A stretch of 64,000 bases of DNA from Eledone cirrhosa (Eukaryota): positions 304,358,001 through 304,422,000 of the forward strand of contig OZ024742.1 in the NCBI GenBank assembly GCA_964016885.1, written 5' to 3'. A program made the position numbers and the translations under genes. Below are positions 13,060-25,637 of the stretch, piece by piece. The notes beneath the pieces were generated by a model. It was not told the origin of the DNA and made no database searches. It was given only the letters and a program-made list of their open reading frames with translations. How positions within the stretch are numbered: position 1 is the first letter of the stretch; every line of letters starts with the position of its first letter.

Positions 13060-13700
13060 TACACACACAAGCACACAAATAAACATACATATCTTCACTT
13101 CAATAGAAAATCTGAACTCTGACACCCCAGCGAACTAACCATATTCACTGAACCAGAACAATTCTCCCAATGCCATTTCTCTTGACCACTATCTTTCCAT
13201 TGTCATAACATTCGCTATAAAGACTACAGAATAGTTTTCCAAATAAGGGCGCAAAAATGTAATGAAAACTTGTTCACGTGACAGCCAAATTTCATTTATA
13301 ACCAATCAAATCACGTTTATTAAAAAAAAGCCTTCGTGAGCCACCTTTTTTTAAAGTAAAGACATTCAAACACACACACACACACACACACACACAAGCA
13401 CACAAATAAACACACATATCTTTACTTTCTTTATTCAATAGAAAATCTGAATTCTGACACCCCAGCTAACTAACCATATTCACTGAACCAGAACAATTCT
13501 CCCATCCCTTTCTCTTTATAATTATCTTTCACTTACAAAAAATTCTCTAAAAAAAGGCTACAGAATGGATTTCCAAATAAGGGCACAACAATTTAATGAA
13601 AATTTGCTCACGTGACAGCCATAATTTCATTTATAACCAACCAAAAAAAAGCCTTCGTGAGCCTCCTTTTTTCAAGTAAAAAGAAATTCAAACACTCATA
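13060..13700 (+). repeat. ~330-bp direct duplication in the PLE 3' UTR
   Basis: ACAAGCACACAAATAAACA...CTGACACCCCAGC...CACGTGACAGCC...GCCTTCGTGAGCC occurs at ~13065-13370 and ~13395-13695. Confidence 0.9.
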
Positions 13701-13914
13701 TATGAAAAAACGACCTGCAACCCCCCCCCCCCTCCTCTTATTTGAAGAACTATTGTAACGCGAACTGGCGCGAAATTTATTATAATTATTGACAAACCAA
13801 TCAAATTACTTCTCGAAAAACCTGGCATTTCGAGCCACTTTTTCCATATAAAACAAGTAACATTCAGAGACCAACCAGATGTGAGAAAAACCACAGACCC
13901 TCCATCTCAACTCA

Positions 13915-13952
13915 CCTTTTGAAAATCAGAAGAACTGCGAAACCGGTAAAGG
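13915..13952 (+). ncRNA. Minimal type I hammerhead in the 3' pseudo-LTR, U3-A8 variant
   Basis: CCTT-TTGAAAA-TCAG(AAGAA)CTGC-GAAA-CCGG-TA-AAGG; G10.1>T relative to the inverted copy. Confidence 0.7.
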
Positions 13953-14104
13953 AACCAAATAAATATATATATCTAAAAAAAAAAAAAAATAAGACTCCAG
14001 TTGCATCTCTTTTTCTTTATACTTTCACTCGTGTAGGACACCTCGGTTATTTTTCATTTTGTAAAAAAAACCTCACTTTCTAATATATATATATATATAT
14101 ATAT

Positions 14105-14285
14105 AAATAAGAATGGATGCAGTAAAAACCTGTTAGACCATTACTCAGCAAATTACTCGATACTTGGTGTAGTAGAGTGGGTAACTTGAAGTGAAGGAGT
14201 CAGGTCACCGACGGCTGAGCTTCTGCTGTTTCAAAAGCTAGAAACGGCAGGAGCTCGGCCGTCGACGTCCCGAATACTTCATATA
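14105..14285. mobile_element. Short fold-back remnant of the 3451-4140 HHR family
   Basis: CGACGGCTGAGCTTCTGCTGTTTC / GAAACGGCAGGAGCTCGGCCGTCG in inverted orientation (HHR 3' halves), between (TA)n tracts. Confidence 0.75.
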
Positions 14286-14298
14286 TATATATACATAC

Positions 14299-14348
<50 letters not shown>

Positions 14349-14834
14349 AGAAGATGGGCTGATCAAACCTATATATAAACCTGATAGTATAGAGTTATAT
14401 AACTGCTATAGATCAGTCAATATTTCAGTATGATCGAACCTTCGAAACGATCGTAAAACAGTGATAGGAATAGGAGAAATAACTTGACTTTGTTGTTATC
14501 ATTTTCATTTTAAAATTAATATCTAATATAGATAGTGCAGATTCATATTCAAATGAGATTAATCGCCTCATTTACACAGACGAGAAAGCTATATATTCTC
14601 GACTGTTTTCAAGTCCAGCAGTAGGAAGCGGTGGGAGGGACTGTTCTCAGGAAGACCAGTCAAGCCTGAAATGTATAGACGGTTGTCTTCCTAGCTTCCG
14701 CTGGACACCACCAGAGGGCGTAGCCCCCGGTGTTTGCATAGCTACGGCTTCCTAAAGCCGTGTTTCTTTAGAAATAGGAAATTTTTATACATTTTTATAT
14801 AAAGCTATGCTTGAAGCGAAATCTTATTTCTTTG

Positions 14835-14867
<33 letters not shown>

Positions 14868-14913
14868 CGTAAAATAAGAAAATTATAAAATTAACTTACT
14901 TACTAAAATTTCA

Positions 14914-14993
14914 CTCCCAACTAATTAGTTTCTGAAATGGAATAAATATACTTTCCGAAGAAAGTATTGAGAAGCATTTCGTCGTCAGGGAAG
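14914..14993 (-). ncRNA. Copy of the branched-stem-II hammerhead
   Basis: Reverse complement of the 15786-15865 motif. Confidence 0.75.
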
Positions 14994-15435
14994 ACTAATC
15001 TCAGCTAAGTATCCAGGCAAAGCGTCGACTCTGGAAACTTATACAAAAATAATTCAGTGGATAGAAAATAGCAAAGCGTGGACTGAATTCCTAGCCATTG
15101 AGAAAATCACTGCCTCTGCGTCGGTGGCAAATTCAAAAAGAATCAATCACGTGACATCGAGGTCAATCAGTGGAAAGTGGTTTGTTAATAAGACAGCGGC
15201 CTGCCTGCTACCATAGCAGCAGTCTTGGCCAATATTGCTCGACAAATAATTTGGAGATAATTATGAAGATTTAATATCTAGTAACATATATATACATACA
15301 GATACATATCAATGCTAGCAAATATATAGGTTTTGTGTTAGTAACTTTGTGGTTCAATGCATGGGGTTGCAGAACAATAATATGAGAGACGTAAAATAAC
15401 AAAATTATAAAATTAACTTACTTAATAAAATTTCA

Positions 15436-15514
15436 ATGCCAACTAATTAGTTTCTGAAATGGAATAAATATACTTTCCGAAGAAGTATTGAGAAGCATTT
15501 CGTCGTCAGGGAAG
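15436..15514 (-). ncRNA. Third copy of the branched-stem-II hammerhead (stem I damaged)
   Basis: Same motif with GGGAG changed to GGCAT and one A lost in the inner hairpin. Confidence 0.6.
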
Positions 15515-15785
15515 ACTATTCTCAGCTAAGTATCCAGGCAAAGCGTGGACTCTGGAAACTTATACAAAAATAATTCAGTGGATAGAAAATAGCAAAGCGT
15601 GTACTGAATTCCTAGCCATTGAGAAAATCACTGCCTCTGCGTCGGAATTTGCCACCGACGCAGAGGCAGTGATTTTCTCAATGGCTAGGAAGTAAGTCCA
15701 CGCTTTGCTATTTTCTATCCACTGAATTATTTTTGTATAAGTTTCCAGAGTCCACGCTTTGCCTGGATACTTAGCTGAGAATAGT

Positions 15786-15865
15786 CTTCCCTGACGACGA
15801 AATGCTTCTCAATACTTTCTTCGGAAAGTATATTTATTCCATTTCAGAAACTAATTAGTTGGGAG
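15786..15865 (+). ncRNA. Type I hammerhead with branched stem II
   Basis: CTTCC-CTGACGA-cGAAATG[TACTTTC-TTCG-GAAAGTA]CATTTCa-GAAA-CTAATTAG-TT-GGGAG; palindromic stem III ACTAATTAGT. Confidence 0.75.
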
Positions 15866-16032
15866 TAAAATTTTAGTAAGTAAGTTAATTTTATAATTTT
15901 CTTATTTTACGTCTCTCATATTATTGTTCTGCAACCCCATGCATTGAACCACAAAGTTACTAAGACAAAACCTATATATTTGCTAGCATTGATATGCATC
16001 TGTATGTATATATATGTTACTAGATATTAATT

Positions 16033-16106
<74 letters not shown>

Positions 16107-16153
16107 ATCAATGATATTAATAAATGGAAACTATATTTATAAAACCATATTTA

Positions 16154-16215
16154 TTGTATTATATATATTTCAAGGGTACCAAAACTTTGGTACGCCCCCA
16201 TCAGGTAAAATACAA
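16154..16215 (-). ncRNA. Degenerate hammerhead motif
   Basis: Reverse complement TTGTATTTTAC-CTGATGG-GGGCGTACC(AAAGTTTT)GGTACCCTT-GAAA-TATATA-TA-ATACAA; A9>G and stem I offset. Confidence 0.45.
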
Positions 16216-16383
16216 AGTTTGTTTTATAAATATTGATATATTCAGGAACGGGATCTTAACAGTTCAAGTTTTACCTTGATATTAATGTCATTGATATTAT
16301 ACTCCAGAAAAACTGTTGTGTGCTTCGAATCAGTTATAAATAAATATATTTGTTGAATTACCAACAAATTAAATATCCCTTTG

Positions 16384-16493
<110 letters not shown>

Positions 16494-16740
16494 ATATATT
16501 ATATATATATCGGATCCCTCACACCCTCGGAACTCTTTTCCTTCCCACTTATCTCCTGATGAAGGGCTTATGCCAGATACGCCCCCCCCCCCGCACTCTC
16601 AAGCGTGAACGAATACACTCTTCGTACTGCACTCTTTGTTATTGTTTTTGTTTTTTGTTTTTTACTTATATATATATATATAATGGGCCTTCTGGCTAAA
16701 GACTTTAAAAAGAAGCAGGAGAGAAAAAAACCCCGTAAAA

Positions 16741-16778
<38 letters not shown>

Positions 16779-16787
16779 CTATATATA

Positions 16788-16826
<39 letters not shown>

Positions 16827-16835
16827 CTATATATA

Positions 16836-16963
<128 letters not shown>

Positions 16964-17218
16964 AACATACTTTCCAGATGAAAGAAACCGTTCTTGTCTT
17001 GTAGCTGTCATATATATATATATATTCTTTTATTCTTTCCAAAATCTGTTGTTCCAACCTTTCCCTTCTCGTCTCTCCTCTTTCTCACACTGTCTCCACC
17101 CTCTCTCCGAACGTGCTATTTTTGCAGAAGGTTGAGACCCTCATTTCCTTCGTACCAAGCGTGAAACTAAGACTTTGTGTTTTTGCATTTATATTTTTTT
17201 TTCTTGCTTATTCTAGAA

Positions 17219-17269
<51 letters not shown>

Positions 17270-19557
17270 ACATAATGGCGTGCACTTTAATTCCAACATT
17301 TACACGCACAGAAACATAGAAACATAAACACATGCGCGTACGTACACACACTACAATTAAAGTAAACACAGCAACAAAAGCAGACCAAATAAGATTAGTC
17401 AGAAAGACAAACAGCTATAATTAAAATGGGCGAACAGACGTCGAATGGTTGATTAAACTAAGAGGGATAAAACGGTGAGTGAGAGAGTTAATGTCCGAAG
17501 TAACGTCCAGTTGACGTACGGGAAAAACCGGGCGATGCGTAGTGACTCTGGCAAATGGACATCAGACATCGAAGATAAAGCACGCAGCTCAGTGTCTGCT
17601 GTAAAGATCCGCTTTCTAGCTTCTATCTAACCCATACCACTACCACACATTTGGCTATTTGCCTTGCAGTGACGCTCCATTCAACATCAACTTCTGACCA
17701 GCTATACTTAAGAATTAAACATGCCTGTAGAACTATGTTTGAGTTTGTATATTTGTATTTGTGTAAGTGTGTGCGTGAGTGTCTACCTGTGTCTCTTCAA
17801 CTACGGGTGTGGCTATATTTACGTCTATGTGTGTTCGTATGTCTGCTTGTGTCTGTACAACAACGTGTGTTTTTGTGTATTATATTTCTGTGTGTTTGTG
17901 CGAGAGTGTCTGTCTTAATTTGTATAAGTATGAGTGTATATGTGTGCGTCAGTCTCTAGCATAGTTTGTATGACTACAAGCGTGTATTTTTACTTAATTT
18001 TGTGTATGTGTGTGTGAGTGTCTGCCTGTATATGCATGTTATGTTCATATATGTGTCTGCATGCATGTATGATTACATTTAGAAAAAAAACATCATCAGC
18101 TTCTAATGTCTAAAATATTCCTCCCTGTCCATACTCCATTAGGTTCTCCGCTTCTCATTAGGCTTGGCATTTTCTATACAGATACGCAAGCATGATTACA
18201 TGGCAACTTTCTCATAAAACACATTCTTTTAAAATCTCTCTCTGACTGGCTCTTAATCTCTCTTCATATGCATCTATATATATGAAGAGAGGGATAATTT
18301 TTTTCGACATTCACATGACGAAAGGCAAAGTTGATGTCGGCGCGATTTGAACTCGGAATTTGAACGGCAATAATAAAATAATTACCTAATGATTCTGCCA
18401 ACTAATTTGCTCAAGGCTTCGTAAATACGACATTTTTTTTTTTAGTCTACTGGCAATTATATAAGTTTTAGAATGAAGGTAACTAGTCAGCTTAACTTTG
18501 GTGTAATGGTAGCACAGCCGTTCAGCACAGTAATATTTGTGGAAAATTCCTATCATGCCTTCCAATAAAGCCAACGTCTGAGGTTTAATGTTATTCCTCG
18601 AATAAAAGACACCAGATTTTCAGAATTAGATTTTAATCACCCTGTAGATATAGCATTATATTTCTAAATCATCGAAAGATATGTTGATGGATTACTGCTT
18701 CGATATCTATAGATATCGAAGTATTTGTATTCATAACTATTTCCTTATGTTATGAAATATCTGTATTAATCTCGGTAAGCATGCGTTTTCTTGCAAAGAG
18801 TGTGGTTACCAAATGATTACAATAAGAAGGCTAGTAAATTTACCCAAGATATTTCTATAGGTCAACATACGTATACCTAGACGTCTAAGTCCCAACGATA
18901 GGACTTTATTTCTTTTATAGGAAGAAGTCATGTTTTTGTCGAAAAAATTGAAATATTCACAAAAGAAAAATAACTTACATAAAAGCATAAATACTCACAT
19001 ACATTCATATATACAAACGTACATACCGTTACACATCTATACATATATACACATATATGTATATATACATATATACTAACATAAATGTATACATTCATAC
19101 ACATACTTACATACATGAATGCATGCATACATATATACATTCATACAGGCACGTAAACTTGAATATATACATAAAGACATATATATTTACATACACACAT
19201 ACATACAATCACACGTACATACACATATACAGACACACATCATACATACCAATGTACATATATGTAAATACACACATGAATTAACTCTCTGAGTTAATGC
19301 TGATATTTATTATCACTGTAGGTGGTAGATATTTACTATAAATAATTGCCTGTTTATCCACAGTATTGTTAAATAATATCTTGGAGATATGTAAATTGTA
19401 AACAAAGACACAAGAAATCCCAGCATGGATTTGTGAAGTAGACACAACAGTCGACACAACAGTTGTCAATATATGAAAGTCCATTAGTTGTGTTTTGACA
19501 CCTGGTAGATATAGCAAGTGTAGTGTTACAATCCTCACCAACGAATCCTGAAGGATG

Positions 19558-19888
19558 AAATAGAAATAATTGTTTCTACTTTTGGCACGAGGCCAGCAAT
19601 TATCCAGTGTATTACTGGTACTTTATTTTATCGAACCCATAAGGATGAAAGGTAAAGTTAACCTCGGCGGGATTTGAAATCAGACCATAAAGGGCCGTAA
19701 CTCTTGGCTGCAAAGCATGGTGTGCGACTCTCTAGCGATACTGCCAATCCACCGCTCATGAAATAGAAATAATTGTTTCTACTTTAGGCACAAGGCCAGC
19801 AAATACCCAGTGTATTACTGGTACTTTATTTTATCGACCCTGTAAGGATGAAAGGCAAAGTCAACCTCGGGGGGATTTGAACTCAGAG
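19558..19888 (-). mobile_element. Two tandem SINE family A copies
   Basis: AATAATTGTTTCTACTTT...GGATGAAAGG.AAAGT.AACCTCGG.GGGATTTGAA occurs twice; the second copy is 5'-truncated. Confidence 0.85.
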
Positions 19889-20299
19889 AAATAATGATGC
19901 AATATAGTAAAAATGGACAATTTTATATAAAGTTATCAACTTGAAACTTATATTTACATCTTTCAATGCGAGACTCTACCCTGAGTAGGGAATAACGAAT
20001 AAAAGAAAATCAATTAGAAATCTAAAATTCATATTGTATCATTGATAATGTAGAAATATCTAGAGACCTGTATGAATTTATATTTTTCTATATAGAACAA
20101 GTGACTTGTTCAAGGACATAACGATCATGTGCTACCACACAATTGCGAAACCATGCGCTTTCACGCTGCTCTTTTTGCTAGGTGTTGCGACCAGTAGATA
20201 GTATCAGCCATGGAACGACCAATGGAAACATAGAACACTTGTTCCGATTTGACGAGTTCCACCCCACTCTGTAAGCGAATGATGCCTGGCATTTTGTGA

Positions 20300-20420
20300 A
20301 GGCACATGTCTCAGTAGTTAGAGAAACGGATTAGCATTCATGAGGTTGCGAGTTCGAATCCTGTGCCGCGCAATATGTTATATTGTTGAGCATGACACTT
20401 CATTTCACATTGTTCTTTCT
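20300..20420 (+). mobile_element. tRNA-derived SINE (family B)
   Basis: A-box-like TGTCTCAGTAGTTAG, B-box GAGTTCGAATCC, then TTGAGCATGACACTTCATTTCACATTG. A similar core occurs at ~57930-57990. Confidence 0.6.
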
Positions 20421-23400
20421 GCTAGAATTTGCGAGCGGTAGATTGTATCAGCGATTGAACTTGTTTCGTTTGTCCAATTTGACGAGTTACGCCTTATTCG
20501 GTAAGCGAATGATGTCTGGGAACTTGTCGATCTTGTATATACACTAACATATAGACAATTTAGACATGTAAGCATGCCAAAAACACGTATTTCTCTGTAA
20601 CTTGAAAACTCCCTCAGAAATAACATTAACTGTGTTTTTGAAACTTTAGGCTTTCTCATTCAAAAATATGTATATCAGCTAAACAACTACATGGAAATAC
20701 GTACTCATTACGTAAAATCGATCCAATGTCTAATAACTGTGCATGGTAAATATATTTTGAATATAAATTGTTAGCAATGACGAGAACTGTTAAACATACC
20801 AAAACTGACATTACTTTGTGACAAGAGGTTACTAATGTCACATCACAATTTAATGGGACGTTACATTAGGTGAAGTGCAAGATTGAGATTTATTTTTTGT
20901 TTTCATGCATTCCTTCGGTAATAAATATCACACGAAACATATAAATTATAAATTGGTATACCTTAAACATTATGTCCAAAAATGTACGCGTCAATTTTAG
21001 TCACAATTACTACCCAGTATATATCAATTTTTAGTTAATTAAATTTTGCCCAATTATACTTAAAATTGATTGCTAGTGTACATTGATGAAAAAGCGAAAT
21101 AGTTTGCACATTTTAATTAAATCCTCAAATTAATTACATTTAACTAAATTTAAATACGAATGTTATAAGAATGAAAAATTGGGTAAATAAAGTGTCTTTT
21201 ATCCTACTGATTGGTTTAAATGCACCAAATATCTGATATGATAATTATAGTACTGACAAACATCACACAACCTTTTGACATAAGAGTTATCACCTCATAT
21301 TTTTGCACTAAATGTAAAATATTGCCACCAATGAGAGTCGCTTTCAAATTAATGCGGACAGCATCTATGCTTTTGATTAAACTGCTAAAAAAGCAGCTCA
21401 ATATCCCACATTTGGCACATTCTAGACTGTGAATGCGTAGGGTACTTAGTCGTATTTGCTCCGGCTTTCTGGTTTTAATTTCAAATTTTTGTGAGTGAAA
21501 ACATGCCTGTCCTTCTTTCGGGGTCGATGAAACACCGGTTCATTTTGGTGGATTAGCAGAATTGGATAAAACATCGTCCATTTTAACTCAAGCAATGGAT
21601 CCTTGAAACTCTTTAACGCTGTCCAGTCTCTTTTAAACATTGGATTCAGACCTTAAGTTTTATAAAATCTTACTCTTTCTTAATTTCCAATTGTGGATGT
21701 GCCGACGAAGGGCCTTTTCTCAAAGGGTGACATTAAGTATATCATGTAGCAGCAATTAATATATAATTATGTGAATTGGAGGATGAATCAATTATATACA
21801 GCTGATGTGTTAGGACGTTATTTTATTCTTCGTAGAGAACTTAGTTGTCCTTGCATTAATTTATTACCAAGTATTGATGTGTAACAGATACGATATATCG
21901 TTTAGATTAAGTAATCGAGATTTTGCTCCCGATGACTAATTTACAATGTTCGTTCATGAATAAGGCCATAACATAAGAGTTAACTCCATGCTAAGCATTT
22001 ACTCAAATCATTCTAAACATGTAAATACTATTTTTAAATGTAATGGTCTCATTTGATATGAATTATCTCTGACAATTCTTCCATGTTCTCTAGAAAACAT
22101 AATAGGTAAGTTGATATCTCTGAAACCCATAAACTATTAAGAAAAATAGAAACTGATAGGTTGCAGGAGATTCAGTAAAATACAATGCAAGGAATGATTA
22201 ACTAGGACAATATGTGAGAAATGTTTGAGCAATGAATTGTACAAAAAATCTTTAGAGATTCGTGAAGTAAGTGCTAAACAGCTTATTTCGTGTGTAGATT
22301 AATAAATCTCTCTACAAGATTATTCTGCACTATGGCACATTTTACAGAATTGAAGGTATCGCAGAAACAAAATCCAACAAAATATTGCAAATCGTAGGAA
22401 CCATATAAGGACACGTGATTCTAAATATTTAGAAGGAAGAAGTGAGTTATATTATTTGCAGCATTATTATATGATGACTAATGAATGATTGAATCACGTT
22501 ATAGAGAAACACGTTATAGCTATCACACTAATATATGTAGCACTGAAATAAATGTACTTGAATGAAAACTATCCCAAAACACACTGGAAGCAAATTGGAC
22601 AATACAGAAAAAAGAAAAGATCACGATATTGAAAGACTGAGTAATAAATAAGGAGATATTTAGATGCGAAGAAAAACATTTAAATGAATTTAGAAATGAG
22701 TGCACAGCTTTAGCTAACCGGGTAAAATCGAAACAAAGAAGTATCACATATACAAAGAGGAAAACTCTTAGCAATATCAAGAAATGTCTCTACATCATTT
22801 ATTGAAAGATAGAGAACAAGGAACTTAAAGCTATTTTATATAATTGGAAACGTACCGATAAAGGTAGGGAACATATTTAGTAAAATGAATAGTCTGTATA
22901 TATATAAATCTTAATATATAAATGAGATAAAGATTACAAAAAATCTACGAAAATTGATTGTAATGGAAAATAATGAAATTGTATGAAAATTGGAGAGGAA
23001 AAAACGAACGTAATAAAAGAAAAATTTGAATATCTCCAGGCTGCAATTTAGCAACAGTTAAAGAAATAGAATTATTAAAATTCTGAACTGGTGAATGAAA
23101 AGAAGAAACCATAACACCCATATCACCATGAATTGGAAATATCCAAGAATCAGTTGAGAATATTTTGAAATTTATTTACAAAGTGAAAACTGGGGGCTTC
23201 ATTTTGCATTGATATTATCCATGAAATTATTGCTAGAAGATGCGAAGCTTTAGTTGGAAATAAATAAGTCTTGAAATGTAACAATAAACTAATTAGGCAA
23301 AATCCACACAAACTAAGGATGGTTTCTTTAAGAGAAAATAAAACAGTTAATTAAGTATACAATATGAGAGAAATATTTATGCTGGCAGACAAAGTAAGAT

Positions 23401-24161
23401 CAAGTGTTTCCAATCGGCATATTCTTCGAGGTAGAGCAGAGAAAAGGATTGTCTACGGGTTTAATCGTAAGATTTTAAAACATGTACGATAGTGTTTAAA
23501 TAGGATACCTAAAGACATCTAAAAAGTTGATTAGGTACATGGAAAACAGTACGATTCGTCATACGATATGAGATGGGTTGTTATAAAAGTTCAGACTGAG
23601 AGAAGTTGAAACTTTCGGTCAATTTCTGATGTACACCATAATCGAAACCATGAAAAAACATCCAAATTGATGGCAGCGATCTTGAAGGCTATGATACTCT
23701 AGATGAATCACAAATAGCTGACATACCGTTATTATTCCTTGTTTATTCTAGATCTTATGAGTTGTTTTGTAAAGCGTATTTATAAATAACGAGTCGTAGT
23801 AATTCATTTAATGCTCAAAGCTGTTCAAAGCCTTGGTGCATCGAACTGCGCCCAGCAGGTTTTTGGAAGATTAAACATCCACAGAATGGAAAATATGATG
23901 TTGTGGAAAAACGTGTTGATAAATGACTGCAATACCAATGAAGTTAGGTCAAAATATAAAATCCCCTGCATTAGGAATATAATGTGACTTGTTGCCAAAC
24001 AATGTCATCGATCACCAATAAATTGATGCGTTATTTGTGGGTATTTTACGGACAGATCGTGTCATGTTTAATATTTCAGAAGAAGAATTTTAGGCGTGCA
24101 TTGACAACTTAGACAAGACGTTCGTCTACATAATTCATTTCTGGTTATTTTTGATTTCATA

Positions 24162-24350
24162 CGGAGAGAAAATGTTCAGTTAATCGCATCTTCTACAAAA
24201 ATGTCTTGGAATGACATCGAAAAAGGAACCAGCCAGCAAGAGAGGACATTTCAGGAGATTGGGTACTGCACCACGATAAGGCGCCTGCTTACACAACATT
24301 CTCAATTAGAGAATTTCTGGTGAAGTAAAATATTCTCACTCTTCCACATC
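24162..24350 (+). pseudogene. Mariner transposase fragment
   Basis: VNRIFYKNVLE*HRKR...DWVLHHDKAPAYTTFSIREFLVK*NILTLPH matches the mariner HHDNAPAH region; contains stops. Confidence 0.75.
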
Positions 24351-24970
24351 TGGTGATAAAATTAACGGATGATCAAATTAACGAAGTGAATATATTTTCA
24401 AATCTGAGTAGTACATGAAAACTGCTATCAAGATTGGATACGTAAAGGTATGCGCAGTGTATTTCAATATAACTTTGTTTCTATAGATATGAATTTAATG
24501 CAGTATTACTTTATATATTCATATATTTGTATTGTGTATAATTAATATTATAAATTATGTTTGTCACCATATGTTATTATGTCTTATAATTACTATTTTC
24601 TATTATTACTAAAATTATCATTGCATGTTATTCGTATTTTCGTGTTAGGGATTCGATAACACCCAGAGACCTTCGATAAAGTGTGGTGCCTGAAATATCG
24701 GTTCAAGCTCTACTTTTATCCTAAATCTCATTTGTTATATGTAAAATTTCACTATAGTATGCTATAGTCGTCTTAAATTTCGGAAGCTGGAATTAAAAAC
24801 AAAACAAAACAAAAAAGAAACGAAACGATTTTGACAATTCAATATCTGCACAAATATCATGGCCGATATTTTTTACGATGTATTGTGTTAAGCATAGAAT
24901 AGTTTATGGTGTGAAATCTAGAGCAGATATCATACGACTTTTTCGTCAGTTCGCAGTATTTCATGTTTGC

Positions 24971-25038
<68 letters not shown>

Positions 25039-25040
<2 letters not shown>

Positions 25041-25410
25041 GAGGGCATTCCCGAAAGTAAGATCTCCTTCCGATATTGCAGCTTTTCCGTTAAAATCCTG
25101 TGGATGGTGCTTCGGGAAACCTCAGGATCCAAAATGCAGAGAGCATCCAGAGTGATCCGCAGAGTGAGACCTTAATTTTGGGATTGCCCTCTATATAATA
25201 ACTGCGCGAAATTCTCACTTGGCGGTAGCGTTCAACGGGAGCTCCATTCTCAACGGCTGCCAAGCCAAGATTGAGCATCCCAGTGAAGCGCGCGCATTCT
25301 TGCTTGAGAGTGAAGGAAGCTCCAATCACAACAGTGTTGCCAACAGCCGTATGAACAGTTTCTCTGCGCCCCCATCGCTTTGGAAACCTTACTTTTCGGA
25401 TTACCCTCGC
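25039..25410 (-). mobile_element. Internally deleted mariner element / MITE
   Basis: Imperfect ~30-bp TIRs (TACGAGGGCATTCCCGAAAGTAAGATCTCC / GGAAACCTTACTTTTCGGATTACCCTCGCA) inserted in (TA)n. Residual coding EVSRSTIHRILTEKLQYRK resembles the mariner HTH region preceding WVP. Confidence 0.8.
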
Positions 25411-25534
<124 letters not shown>

Positions 25535-25581
25535 TTATATATAGTATATTCGGTGCATCTTTTCCTATATAGGAACTTCAA

Positions 25582-25637
25582 CTAAATTTGTTCATATCTA
25601 CTGTAATAATTATTACAGTAGATATGAACAAATTTAG
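25582..25637. repeat. Perfect 56-bp palindrome
   Basis: CTAAATTTGTTCATATCTACTGTAATAA|TTATTACAGTAGATATGAACAAATTTAG. Confidence 0.95.

Larger units (their letters stand above)
9078..14085 (+). mobile_element. Near-complete Neptune-like PLE with 3' pseudo-LTR and an inverted 5' copy of it
   Basis: RT and GIY-YIG coding region ~9500-12595; 9078-9491 is the inverted repeat of ~13630-14015; (TA)n on both flanks. Confidence 0.95.
14860..16035. mobile_element. Non-coding tandem + inverted HHR element (retrozyme-like)
   Basis: 14860-15124 is repeated directly at ~15381-15645 (period ~521 bp). ~15266-15645 is near-perfectly inverted at ~15655-16035. (TA)n on both sides. Confidence 0.9.

Noticed and set aside
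14706-14721. CTCF-like motif CCACCAGAGGGCG
   Set aside because: It is a single motif inside a decayed repeat whose relatives at 32.4-32.8 kb lack it; no other support.
16556-16581. CTGATGAAGGGCTTATGCCAGATACG, probable decayed HHR
   Set aside because: GAAA is mutated and stems I and III are missing; too degenerate to call.
18639-18660. ACCCTGTAGAT resembling the miR-10 5' end
   Set aside because: The match ends after 11 nt and there is no precursor hairpin.
20300-20372. Possible tRNA gene
   Set aside because: It has A/B boxes but no intact cloverleaf and continues into a SINE core, so it is treated as a SINE head.
22100-23800. Purine-skewed stretch suggestive of an ancient LINE (also 27300-28800 on the minus strand)
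   Set aside because: No diagnostic RT or endonuclease motif could be read with confidence.
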